Assembly: GCF_963921235.1 (NCBI RefSeq)
Contig: NC_086097.1
Location: 79,424,001-79,488,000 of the forward strand
Source of the DNA: Mobula hypostoma
Taxonomy: Eukaryota
DNA: 64,000 bases
Direction of reading: 5' to 3'
The translations under genes were made by a program, and so were the position numbers. Shown here in pieces: positions 53,420 to 64,000 of this stretch (position 1 is the first letter of the stretch; every line of letters starts with the position of its first letter). The notes below the pieces were generated by a model that was not told the origin of the DNA, did no database searches, and saw only the letters and a list, made by a program, of their open reading frames with translations.

Positions 53420-54481
53420 CTGCAAGAGGAAAGGAAACTTTTTAATCTTTAATAACACACCATCTTACTTTTGTCCAAGATTTTCAAAAATACATGTTTA
53501 AAACAAAATTTGATGAATCGCGCTTCTTCAGAAAATCAGATCTTTAATTAATTTAGAACATAGTGGGAATAGATAAAGTTTCTTAATGTCAAGAGGTAAA
53601 ATTAGTTTCCCAAAGGCCTGCTGTATATTCATTCGTTCCCAGATTAGAGCTCAAATGGGAATGTTAACCATCTAGAACTCAGAAATTTGAAAACATCTCA
53701 GAACGATTGACTGCCAAGTGGTATGCAATGTGCCACCCATATTTTTCATATTAATACAGAATCTTGAGAGGTAGCTCTTGTGAATTATACTCTCCTTGAG
53801 GTAATAAAACGCCTTCATTCCCTCCACTCACTGGCTCCACTGTCCAGTGCAAAAGAAAGGCATTTTTTATATACTGACATTCAGGGTTATATTGATTGAA
53901 TCTTGCTGGGGTGGAATAACTTTGTTTTCTGACACGGCATCACAATAGTATTTTGCTCTGTAACTGGAAATTATTTATGATGTGATGAGGGGAATAATGA
54001 TCTGGAACCTCAGTAAATCACAGAACCTATCCTTTTACTAATGAAATTAAAGGTATGAAAATAAAGGAATGAGGAGGAGGTAAAAGTGAATAGAAATAAA
54101 CACCAATAAAGAGATTAGTGGAAAAAGTAACATAATATGGAAAAAAATTGAGGTTTCTAAGAACCATTTCCTGCATAAGAAAACAAACTTATGTAAATTA
54201 AATTGTTTACTTCTTTGTTCATACTGGTAGTTTGGCACTGACAATTTAACAATTACATGGTAATTTAAAAAGTACACATGTTGATAATTACTAACTTAAT
54301 ATTCAATGGCTATTTGATTAATCTAGTCCAGTGAATTCAGCATGTTTTTAAAAATAATAATGAGGTCAAGATGCCGCTTGTGCAAAGCAACAATGGAGTT
54401 GAGGAAAATTGATACGTTAGTTTTGGAGATTTGCAACTCAATTTATTTTTATCCAATGGATTTGCTGTAATTTTTATAAAT

Positions 54482-55032
54482 GTAATGCCCTGGTAAAGGT
54501 TTCACTGCTAACGTAATGGTTTTTCTGTAGGAGCACTGTTTGGGTTATGGTTAGAGATAACAGATGCTTTGGAATGTGAGCCATTCAATCAGGGAGCAGG
54601 TTTTTTTTGTGTGCCTGACACCACTGTGAGCTGGGGTCTCTGTTCGGCAGGAGGTGGAGAGAACTGGTCGTAGGATTCGACTTAGTTGAGGGACCGTGAT
54701 TTGATGCAGCAAGGTGCGGAGGTCGACTGAGGATCAGTGAATATGACTTTTGGAAGAGTTGAGCTACACTGCACATTTGATTGTTTAATTATAATGGGCC
54801 CTTTTTTCTTTTTTCTTTCTTTTCTTTACTAACCCTTTAGTTAAGTTATCATTCATAAATATAAATCCTTTAGTCATATGCAGTGTGCTTTCTGTTATTT
54901 CTTGGCACCGATGTTGTAACAGGGTAGCAACTTGCACAGGATTCAAACAAACTGGGGTTGGGGGCAGGGGAAGAGAGCCATCCAATCTCATGGAGTCCCC
55001 AGACTTCTGCAGCCCAAGGAATCTGGGGTTTC
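54482..55032. mobile_element. Solo-LTR-like element, copy 2
   Basis: Ends GTAATG...GTTTC, flanked by ATAAAT; shares GTCGTAGGATTC, TGCACATT and TAACCCTTTAGT blocks with 13299-13910. Confidence 0.7.
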
Positions 55033-55151
55033 ATAAATAAGGCCAGCAAGTATTGACCTAAGAATTTATTACAGTGCAGCAATGTGGTTTCGGTAACACT
55101 ATTACAGGGATGAATTAATTGATGCAGTTACTTCATTAAATTATGATAATA

Positions 55152-55362
55152 CAGGTCGACCACTAATCTGACTACCTGTAATCCGGTTCCTTCGATAATC
55201 CGGCACTGATTATGCTTAATGTGATCCTTCTGTAATTCGGCATTTTCACTAATCCGGCACTTCTCAGGTCCCAATGGTGCCGGATTAGTGAGGGTTAGCT
55301 ATTGCTTAATGTGATCCTTCTGTAATTTGGCATTTTCACTAATCCGGCACTCCTCAGGTCCC
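55152..55362. mobile_element. Tigger/pogo-like MITE remnant with repeated TAATCCGG motifs
   Basis: TA|CAGGTCGACC start; 60-bp unit repeated at 55213-55272 and 55303-55362; 15-bp inverted repeat at 55246-55260 and 55277-55291. Confidence 0.6.
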
Positions 55363-55920
55363 TTTTGATGAAGTTCTGGAGACAAGTTGCCATTTTAACT
55401 TGGTGCAAATGATTAAACAATTGCAGTATGAAAGTGGATATTCAATTAATTCTGCAATTTTCTTTGAAGATACAGCAAAATATTAATTGTTATTATATGC
55501 TGGAAGTTCAGCATGTCGACTAACCAAAATGTTACAATACAATGTCTTGTTCTACAATATCTTCAATCAATTAGAGAAATTAGGGCCAAATCTTTATCAA
55601 AACATCTACAGAGCCACACCACATTCACATTTATATATTACTATTTCTTGCAAAGCTTGAACAACAATTTATACTCATAGAGTAACATAAGGTAAATTCA
55701 TTGATGGGCACTCAGTTCAATTAAAATTACAGTCTTGCATTTTGACTAAATGTTACAGTAAAGGAAAAAAATTTATTTGTTCCTTTCTAGTTATGGACAT
55801 TAATCATTGCAGCTTAAAACTTGTACTGCAGTTTCACTTTATCATAATGTTAGTTGGGTTACTCAATTCCAAATATAAGGATGCCTGCCTTGCAATTGTT
55901 TTCTCATACTTATGTTTATG

Positions 55921-55970
55921 ATTCAGGTTCCAATTGATGTCCAATATTCAGGTTCCAATTGATAGCCAAT
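55921..55970. repeat. 25-bp tandem duplication (ATTCAGGTTCCAATTGATnnCCAAT x2)
   Basis: Directly visible; two mismatches between the copies. Confidence 0.85.
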
Positions 55971-57034
55971 CTAAGTAAAAGGTCAACTGCATTCCACCCT
56001 CCTCCTATTTACCCTTATTTAGTTACTTATAATATAGATTTCATTGACTTAGCAGGAGCCCAATTTGGTAGCCGCCAAGTTTGTTGTCATCCAGTAGTTT
56101 ATGTACAAGGAGACATAAGGGGCTCTGCCAAATCATTTTCCTAAACATTCTTTGATTAAACGCTTAGATTCCACCGAGAGATTCTTCTCCAAAACTGACA
56201 GAGATGGGGAGTTAATTTTTGACAGCAACCATAATCCAACTGTACATTTTTAAATTGTTAAATGAGTCAAGAAACATAAGACTGTTATGATAAAGAAAAA
56301 GACCAAATTAGTTTATTTGTTTGCAGGGTAATAAATAGCAATTACCAAATAAAACTCAATTCCTAAAAGGCTGAAGACATTTGAACAATATTGGCCAAAC
56401 TGAACAATAGTACAGCTATGACATATTCCCCACAGAGCACTAACTATACAACAAATCTGCTATAGGAAATAGTAAGAGTAATTGGTGTTGCTCTTTAGAA
56501 CAGGAATAAAGCTGGCAGGAGACTATCAAGCAAATACTGGCCCACTGTCATTTAGAACGCCACTGGCCCCTGTCATGTTGTGCATTCAGGCATTATTACA
56601 ACAAAATAGTTGGAGTCAGACTTGCAGCTGAGATACCGTGTATATGGTGAATTTCCAGACTCAGATGGAAGCAAATGGAAACTGACAGATGGAAGGAATA
56701 CAAATTTCCAAAGAAAAGTTTGAAAATTTGGACTGTAAATCAATTCACACTGATATTGCGAAGCATGACACAATGCAAAATAAGCAGAGGGTTAGAAGTC
56801 AATTGCACAGCACCGGGCAAATTGGGTAGGGGAAACAACTGAAGACCAGAACTGAAAAAAGACTAGGCTAGGTGATGAAAAAGGAAGATCTCATAATATC
56901 AAATGCTACAATTCAATCAATTTATTTGTCTCAGTAGTGGCTTATAATATATACTGAATAGTTTATTTAGTGGTAATTTCTTGTCACAAAAAATGTTTGT
57001 GATACTGTAATACCCATCACGTAATGCCATATAC

Positions 57035-57073
57035 CTTCAGATCCTATGTCACCATCAGCCTCTACCGCACCCG
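57035..57073 (-). CDS. Candidate alternative GPHN cassette exon, 39 nt (adds AGAVEADGDIGSE)
   Basis: Long T tract then accgttatgcag|; donor GAAG|gtatat; phase 1/1, no stop codon. Confidence 0.45.
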
Positions 57074-58339
57074 CTGCATAACGGTAAAAAAAAAGTTGAA
57101 AACGAATGTTATTTTCAAATAAACTATTCAATATATATTACAATCAATCAATAAATAGTTTGCGGTGACTCGTAAAGCTCCGTCAATTTCAGGGACACTG
57201 CTAATGCTCTTAAGTGACTTTGGATAATTTTTGTCAGCAGCACTGCTTTGTTTAGTTGCAGCCTTGTCATTCATTTCCTGTTATAGGTCAATTTATGTTG
57301 TGACTTTTTGCCAACAATTCCAGTGTCAAAGTATACTGTATCATTGCTCCATTACTTAGCAAATTACTCATAACATTAAAGTCCAAATTATAAGTAGTGA
57401 TTTCAGGTTATAGCTACCCACAATTTAGTTGGAGGTTTTCTAGAAAACCAAAATCATTGGTTAATGCACAGGGCTACTGATCCATGAACATATGCTGGAA
57501 ATAACAAATGGAGTTAGTTGACAAAGTTTAAAAAGAACATACAAGTTAAAATTTCTGAGCCAACATTGCTTGCAGACATTATCCATTAAAATTATGAATC
57601 TAAAGGCCTAGTCTTAAAATTAAAAACAATTAGCTCTAATCAGTAAGTACAACTTAAAAAATGATGGTCACTGTAATGAGATGAGACAATAGGTTTGCAT
57701 GATGCAAATCAGACCATTATGATATAAATTAAACTGCAATTTTGTGAAATGAAATAGATAACCTCAAAAGCCTTGGTATGTTGCGCTCTTATCATTTTTT
57801 TGGGCTATACTCCTCAATAGAAAAGAGGTTAAGGAGTGAATCAAGGCTGTCACTTTACTGTAGACTGGTACAGATCCAAAATGTCAGCACAGTGTAGGAT
57901 CTCTAACTCTCAGTCACTGGAGGACTTGCAACAAATCAGAACTTCAAATTACATCACAAGTATTCCAGAACAATTTATTAGTAGAAATGAAACCACACCC
58001 CTTAAGCAAGAAACAGATTCATTTTAACCATTTACACAGAGTGATGCACAGGTTTCTTGATTTCTGAAGCTGTTTCATGGGAGGAAAAATGCATGTAATT
58101 CAAATGCAATGAATGATACATATATACAGCTGATCTTTTGAAGTCATGGAATTGCCCAAAACTGATCAGTGGAAATGAAATACCTAGATGGCTAGGAATA
58201 TTCAATGAAAATGTCAACGGCTTTACAGAGACCAGCAGTAACATCTTACCTTAAGACAAACCAACTAGCAGTAGTTTTTAAATTGGTCACATTCCTAACA
58301 TTATGGGGTCCTCTGCTAAAAGATTAACAGATCCATTAC

Positions 58340-58404
58340 CTGGCAGTGCAAAGATGATTTTTCTGATACCATCGATATCCAGAGTTGCAAAAGTTGTTGG
58401 GAGG
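58340..58404 (-). CDS. GPHN: Gephyrin E-domain coding exon (65 nt): (G)[21 protein letters not shown](G)
   Basis: Acceptor ttctccacag|C, donor CCAG|gtaatg; translation matches vertebrate gephyrin as recalled; phase joins the next exon. Upstream exons were not found and probably lie beyond 64000. Confidence 0.96.
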
Positions 58405-59400
58405 CTGTGGAGAATGGAATGTATATCTTAATATACTGTTTTGAATGAAAGGTAAGGATATCTTCATACTAAAAAAGACATATATTTCTTGAATTTCAAT
58501 GTACTTGAAATTAACTAGTAAAATTAATTACTTCTATTTCTCCCTCTATTTCTACAACCCTTTTAGCTTTGCTAGTGAGTTTAGTAGATAAGCATCATTC
58601 ATTGCATTTGAATTGATTTTTTGGTGTTCCTGTAAATGAACTTGTCAGGAAGCCAGCAAAACAAGTTTAATAGAAACATTTATTATGCTACTGAGGAAAC
58701 AAGAGGAAATTACAATCTAGGGCTGTGCTACCCTGAGCTCCACGCTTCATTTCTAAAACCTGTGCAAAAACCTAACTGAACCCATTGCCAGAGGAACTGC
58801 TGATGAACAGCTGACCAAAGGCATTCAATTAAGTCCTGCTAGGCTTCTTAATCACACCTGACAATTTCTTGACAGAGCCTAACACTTTATATAATCTGTA
58901 TTGGTTGTATTGTAAGTGTTCATTTCAAATGCAATAGTGCTATTTTGAAAAGAGCAGCGACCTTTTTCTCATCTACTGTAGATCAACCATTTTACTTCTG
59001 TTCTCTTTCCTTTCTGTCACATCAGATCAGCAGTCTTTTGGTTTCTATCAGTTCAAAGAATCAAATGGCTTTCCTCCATCATTTCTCATTTGTTTGTAAA
59101 ACAAGCAGTAGCTTGTTATCAACCTTTCTCAAATGCCTAGTGACTCGAAGTTTCTGCTGTACCTGCAAAGTGGTATCTGAATACATAATTGTTCTGTTGA
59201 ATGCATTACACATCATATAAATCTGTACTTCCTCAAACAGCAGTAAAATTTCTCCAATAAATGAAACAGAAACCGTAACATTTTAGAAACTGACTTTTTA
59301 TAGAGATCACAGCTAAATTTTACACAGTTTTAGATTTCCGCAACCATATATTTCAGAAACAGAGCAAAGCAGTGAGCTTGTTAGCTGAAATGATCTAGAC

Positions 59401-59481
59401 CAGGAGTTTTCAACCTTTTTTTAGGCTATGGACCACTATCGTTAACTAAAGGGTCCATGAACCCCAGGTTGGGAACCCCTG
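59401..59481. mobile_element. 81-bp hAT (Charlie/Buster-type) MITE
   Basis: Terminal repeats CAGGAGTTTTCAACCT and AGGTTGGGAACCCCTG; perfect 8-bp TSD ATCTAGAC at 59393-59400 and 59482-59489. Confidence 0.92.
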
Positions 59482-59715
59482 ATCTAGACATTAACAGGTG
59501 ATATACGTTATTTTATCAAAACCTCAAAAATATGGTTCTCTGTAATGGTGTTACCATCAGAAATGCTAATGTGTCACTTATGATGCCAGGAATTAACTTC
59601 AAGCTGATGGTATAAACGAGTTCCTCTTTGTGGAATTGGAATTGGTTTATTGTTGTTATATGTGCTGAGATATTGTGAAAATGTTGTCTTGCATATTATT
59701 CACAAAGATCAAATC

Positions 59716-62235
59716 GGATGAGTGGGAAGCCAGAGGATTGGGAGACTTTTAAGGAGCAACAGAAGATAACTAAAAAGGCAATACGGGGGACGGGGGGAAG
59801 ATGAGGTACGAAGGTAAGCTAGCCAAAAATATAAAGGATGATAGTAAAAGCTTCTTTAGGTATGTGAAGAGGAAAAAATTAGTTAAGACCAAAGTTGGGC
59901 CCTTGAAGACAGAAATGGGTGGAATTAGATAGATAGATAGATAGATAGACATACTTTATTAATCCCGAGGGAAATTGAGTTTCATTACAGTTGTACCAAC
60001 CAAGAATAGAGTATAAATAAGCAATATAAAAACATAAATAATTAAATAATAATATGTAAATTATGCCAGATGGAAATAAGTCCAGGACCAGCCTATTGGC
60101 TCAGAGTGTCTGACCCTCCAAGGGAGGAGTTGTAAAGTTTGATGGCCACAGGCAGGAATGACTTCCTATGACGCTCAGTGCTGCATCTCGGTGGAATGAG
60201 TCTCTGGTTGAATGTACACCTGTGTCCAACCAGTACATTATGTAGTGGATGGGAGACATTGTCCAAGATGGCATGCAACTTGGACAGCATCCTCTTTTCA
60301 GACACCATCGTCAGACAGTCCAGTTCGATCCCCATAACATCACTGGTCTTACGAATGAGTTTTTTGATTCTGTTAGTGTCTGCTACCCTCAGTCTGCTGC
60401 CCCAGCACACAACAGCAAACATGATAGCACTGGCCACCACAGACATGTAGAACATCCTCAGCATCATCCGACAGATGTTAAAGGGCCTCAGTCCTTTATT
60501 ATGGGGAATAAGGAAATGGCAGATGAGTTGAACAGGTACTTTGGATCTGTCTTCACTAGGGAAGACACAAACAATCTCCCAGATGTAATAGTGGCCAGAG
60601 GACCTAGGGTAACAGAGGAACTGAAGGAAATTCGCATCAGGCACAAAATGGTGTTGGGTAAACTGATGGGACTGAAGGTTGATAAATCCCCAGGGCCTGA
60701 TGGTCTGCATCCCAGGGTACTTAAGGAGGTGGCTCTAGAAATCGTAGACGCATTGGTAATCATTTTCCAATGTTCCATAGATTCAGGATCAGTTCCAGCG
60801 GATTGGAGGGTAGCTAATGTTATCCCACTTTTTAAAAAAGGAGGGAGAGAGAAAACAGGCAATTATAGACCAGTTAGTCTGACATCAGTGGTGGGGAAGA
60901 TGCTGGAATCAATTATAAAAGATGTAATAGTGGCATATTTGGATAGCAGTGGCAGGATAGGTCCGAGTTAGCATGGATTACAAAGGGGAAATCATGCTTC
61001 ACTAATCTTCTGGAACTTTTTGAGAATGTAACTATGAAAATGGACATGGGAAAGCCAGACTTTGATAAGGTCCCACATAGGAGGTTAGTGTGCAAAATTA
61101 GAGCAAATGGTATTGGGGGTAGGGTACTGACATGGATAGAAAATTGGTTGGCAGACAGGAAACAAAGAGTAGGGATTAATGGGTCCTTTTCAGAATGGCA
61201 GGCAGTGACTAGTGGGGTACCGCAAGGCTTGGTGCTGGGACCGCAGCTATTTACAATATATGTTAATGATTTAGATGACGGGATTAAAAGTAACATTAGC
61301 AAATTTGCAGATGACACAATGCTGGGTGGCAGTATTAAATGTGAGGAGGATGTTATGAGAATGCAGGGTGACTTGGACAGGTTGGGTGAGTGGGCAGATG
61401 CATGGCAGATGCAGTTTAATGTGGATAAATGTGAGGTTATCCACTTTGGTAGCAAGAACAGGAAGGCAGATTACTATCTGAATGGTGTCAAGTTAGGAAA
61501 AGGGGAAATACAACGAGATCTAGGTGTCCTTGTTCATCAGTCACTGAAAGTAAGCATGCAGGTACAGCAGGCAGTGAAGAAAGCTAATGGCATGCTGGCC
61601 TTCATAACAAGGGGAATTGAGTATAGCAGCAAAGAGGTCCTTCTGCAGTTGTACAGGGCCCTGGTGAGACCACACCTGGAATATTGTGTACAGTTTTGGT
61701 CTCCAAATTTGAGGAAGGACATTCTAGCTACTGACGGAGTGCAGCGTAGGTACACGAGGTTAATTCCCGGGATGGAGGGACTGTCATATGTTGAAAGATT
61801 GGAGCGACTGGGGTTGTAGACACTGGAATTTAGAAGGATGAGGGAGGAGCTGAATGAAGCATATAAGATTTTTAAGGGATTGGACACGCCAGAGGCAGGA
61901 AACATGTTCCCGATGTTGGGGGTGTCCAGAACTGGAGGCCACAGTTTAAGAATAAGGGGTAGATAATCTAGAACGGAGTTGAGGAAAAACTTTTTCATAC
62001 AGAGGGTTGTGGTTCTGTGGAATGCTCCGCCTCAGAAGGCAGTGGAGGCCAATTCTCTGTATTCTTTCAAAAAAGAGTTAGCTAGAACTCTTAAAGATAG
62101 CGGAGTGAAGGGATATGGGGAGAAGGCAGGAAAAGGGTACTGATTGTAGATGATCAGCCATGATCACAGTGAATGGTGCTGCTGGTTCGAAGGGCTGAAT
62201 GGCCTACTCCTGCACCTATTGTCTATTGTCTATTG
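59716..62235 (+). mobile_element. CR1 ORF2 3' two-thirds, antisense within a GPHN intron, interrupted at 59927-60494
   Basis: ORFs 60249..60971 and 61034..61819 (NYRPVSLTSVV, PQGLVLGP, KFADD); (TCTATTG)n tail; host Rex1-type 3' UTR lies on both sides (59630-59715 and 62236 onward). Confidence 0.93.
59927..60494 (-). mobile_element. Young Rex1-like 3' fragment with a (TCTA)n tail, nested in CR1
   Basis: C-terminal half of ORF 60093..60710 matches ORF 7376..7723; CR1 reading EMG.|FIMGNKEMA rejoins around it. Confidence 0.85.
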
Positions 62236-62729
62236 TTACATAGTGTGTTGAGTTAATACATGCTATGTTGGTGCTGGAAACATGGTGACACTTGTGGGCT
62301 GCCCAGCACAATGCTCACTATTTGATTCGATGCAAATGACGCATTTCACTGCATGTTTCAATGTACATATGACAAACAAAGTTTATCTTTTTCTTCAAAA
62401 ACAAAAACACAATACAAAATAAAGTGTGACAGCTACAGAAAAAATGCAATGCAGGTAGACAATAAGATGCAAGATCAGTTAAAATATCAAAACTTTTAAA
62501 AATCCTTGCAATTCAAAGGAGTTTTCAAGATCTGGGAAACAAAATTGCATGTTATTAGGGAAGAGTAAGTTCCCATTTGCAAAGGGGTATTTAAGATTTT
62601 TGTGTATTTTGTGCTAATCAACTGGTGCAGAATTTGTTTTACCAAGTTCAGCCTCAAGAGATTAATGCCTTTTACTGGTGCTTCTCATTGGTTAGAACGT
62701 CAATGCACTGAGTTTAAATTGCTTTGCTT

Positions 62730-63160
62730 TTCAAGATTCACGATTCTTTAATGTTATTTCCTGTTCACAAGTGTAAAGGAGAATGAAATAATTGTTACTG
62801 CAGATCCACTGCAACACAAAAAAACACAAAAGATAAAGAATGCAATAACAGTAATAACTACAAAAATATAAACACATAAGACAGTTTATATACTATACAT
62901 ACGTTTGTACATTGATTGTATATCCATAAAGTGACGCTAGATATAGGAGTGTCTGTACATAAGGTGACTGACAGGAAATAATAAAGTAGTGGTGGCTGGG
63001 GGTCTGGAGGGGTAGGCTAGTGGGTAGAGGTGTTGATCAGCCTTACTGCTTGGGAAAAGTAACTGTTTTTGATGTGGATGATAAGTAGCCTCCTCCTTAA
63101 TGGAAGAGTGACAAACAGTCCATGAGCAGGGTGAATGGGATCCTTCCTGATATTACTAAC
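62730..63160 (-). mobile_element. Rex1-like 3' end remnant
   Basis: ORF 63017..63199 (NIRKDP.HPAHGLF..LP..RR...NSYF.QAVRLIN). Confidence 0.7.
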
Positions 63161-63229
63161 TGTAGAGATGGGTATTAAAATGTACTTCAAGAGGTGCACT
63201 TATTGGGAGGCAAAGTATCATATGAAATT

Positions 63230-63960
63230 ACAAGATCATTGCACTGAATATGTCACTGCCAGAGTACTCCCCCAGTTATAGGAGCCAGAGCAGCAGAGAG
63301 GAGGAACCAACAACTTCTAAAACATTTTTCCTGATTGATTGAAGAAAGTGTTAATTGGAGTGGCCATTGTGAGAATGAAGCCGTTTAGGATTGGAGGGCT
63401 GAGGCTTTAACTAGAGAGGCTTCTGCAAGGAGGCACAGGTGAGCAGCAGACAAGAATCTGGCAAGGTTTTTATTTTCCTGTAATCTGTGACCTTTGACAG
63501 TGTAGAAAAAAATGGCATTCAGGGCAATAGAATGTTTCTCGTGCAAGATGTGAGAAGTCATGTCTCAATGTTGACTACATCTGTGGGAAGTGCATCCTGT
63601 TGCATCTCCTGACAGAGTAGATGAAGGAACTAAGGTTGGAATTGGATGTACTCAAGAGTCATCTGGAATTCTGAGGATATCATAGAAGAGAATTCAGTGA
63701 GGTGCTCATATCTCAGGTGCAGGTTACAGGTAGAAAGGTGACCACCAGGAGAAGAAAGGGGATTAGTCAAACAGAGCAGGGTTGCTCTGTGGTCATTCTC
63801 TCGCTAATAGATATAATCCTTTGGATGCAGTTAGGGAGATGACCTTTCAGAGGCCAGCACCAGTGTCCAGTTAAGTAGCACCGTGCCTAGCTCTGAGGCA
63901 AAGTAGGGAAGGAATGAGGTCCTGCAAAATAATTTTAGGGAGCTAGGTAGAAAGCTTTAA
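63230..63960 (+). mobile_element. Degenerate CR1 5' region (ORF1 zinc-finger and coiled-coil)
   Basis: MAFRAIECFSCKM...DYICGKC..L.LL...ELDVL and ELGRKL-like remnants. Confidence 0.6.
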
Positions 63961-64000
63961 AAAAACATGACATAGAGTCATATAGAAGTACAGCACAGAA

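Noticed and set aside
55200..55362. CRISPR-like repeat array
   Set aside because: Only two units, in a eukaryotic MITE context, with no spacer series or cas genes.
60093..60971. Overlapping 205-aa and 240-aa ORFs as a bidirectional gene
   Set aside because: They are artefacts of a Rex1 fragment nested antisense in CR1 ORF2.
58405..64000. Next upstream GPHN exon (DYLKQVLD...FMKPG)
   Set aside because: No matching sequence found by eye; it presumably lies beyond the window.

Overview
Vertebrate genomic DNA, very likely from a cartilaginous fish (ray or shark); this is inferred from the CR1/Rex1/Penelope/V-SINE repeat complement. The only confident host gene is the 3' end of gephyrin (GPHN) on the minus strand: four GT-AG exons (58404-58340, 51251-51148, 43953-43857, 41780-41647) splice in frame into the C-terminal E (MoeA-like) domain, followed by a 3' UTR of about 0.8-0.9 kb. 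The downstream 40 kb is mostly nested transposons: CR1, Rex1/Babar, Penelope, L1/Tx1, Gypsy, hAT, Tigger and Tc1 elements and SINEs. Highlights: (1) two frame-preserving candidate cassette micro-exons (39 and 36 nt) in the GPHN intron that splits the conserved LPG/NP motif; (2) minimal hammerhead ribozyme motifs in Penelope termini, including an inverted pair inside a GPHN intron; (3) two CR1 LINEs fused head-to-head and inserted as one block into a Tigger element; (4) three CR1 copies 5'-truncated at nearly the same ORF1 position; (5) an in-frame Rex1-Penelope chimeric ORF. All calls were made by eye, and repeat boundaries are approximate unless a target-site duplication (TSD) is quoted.
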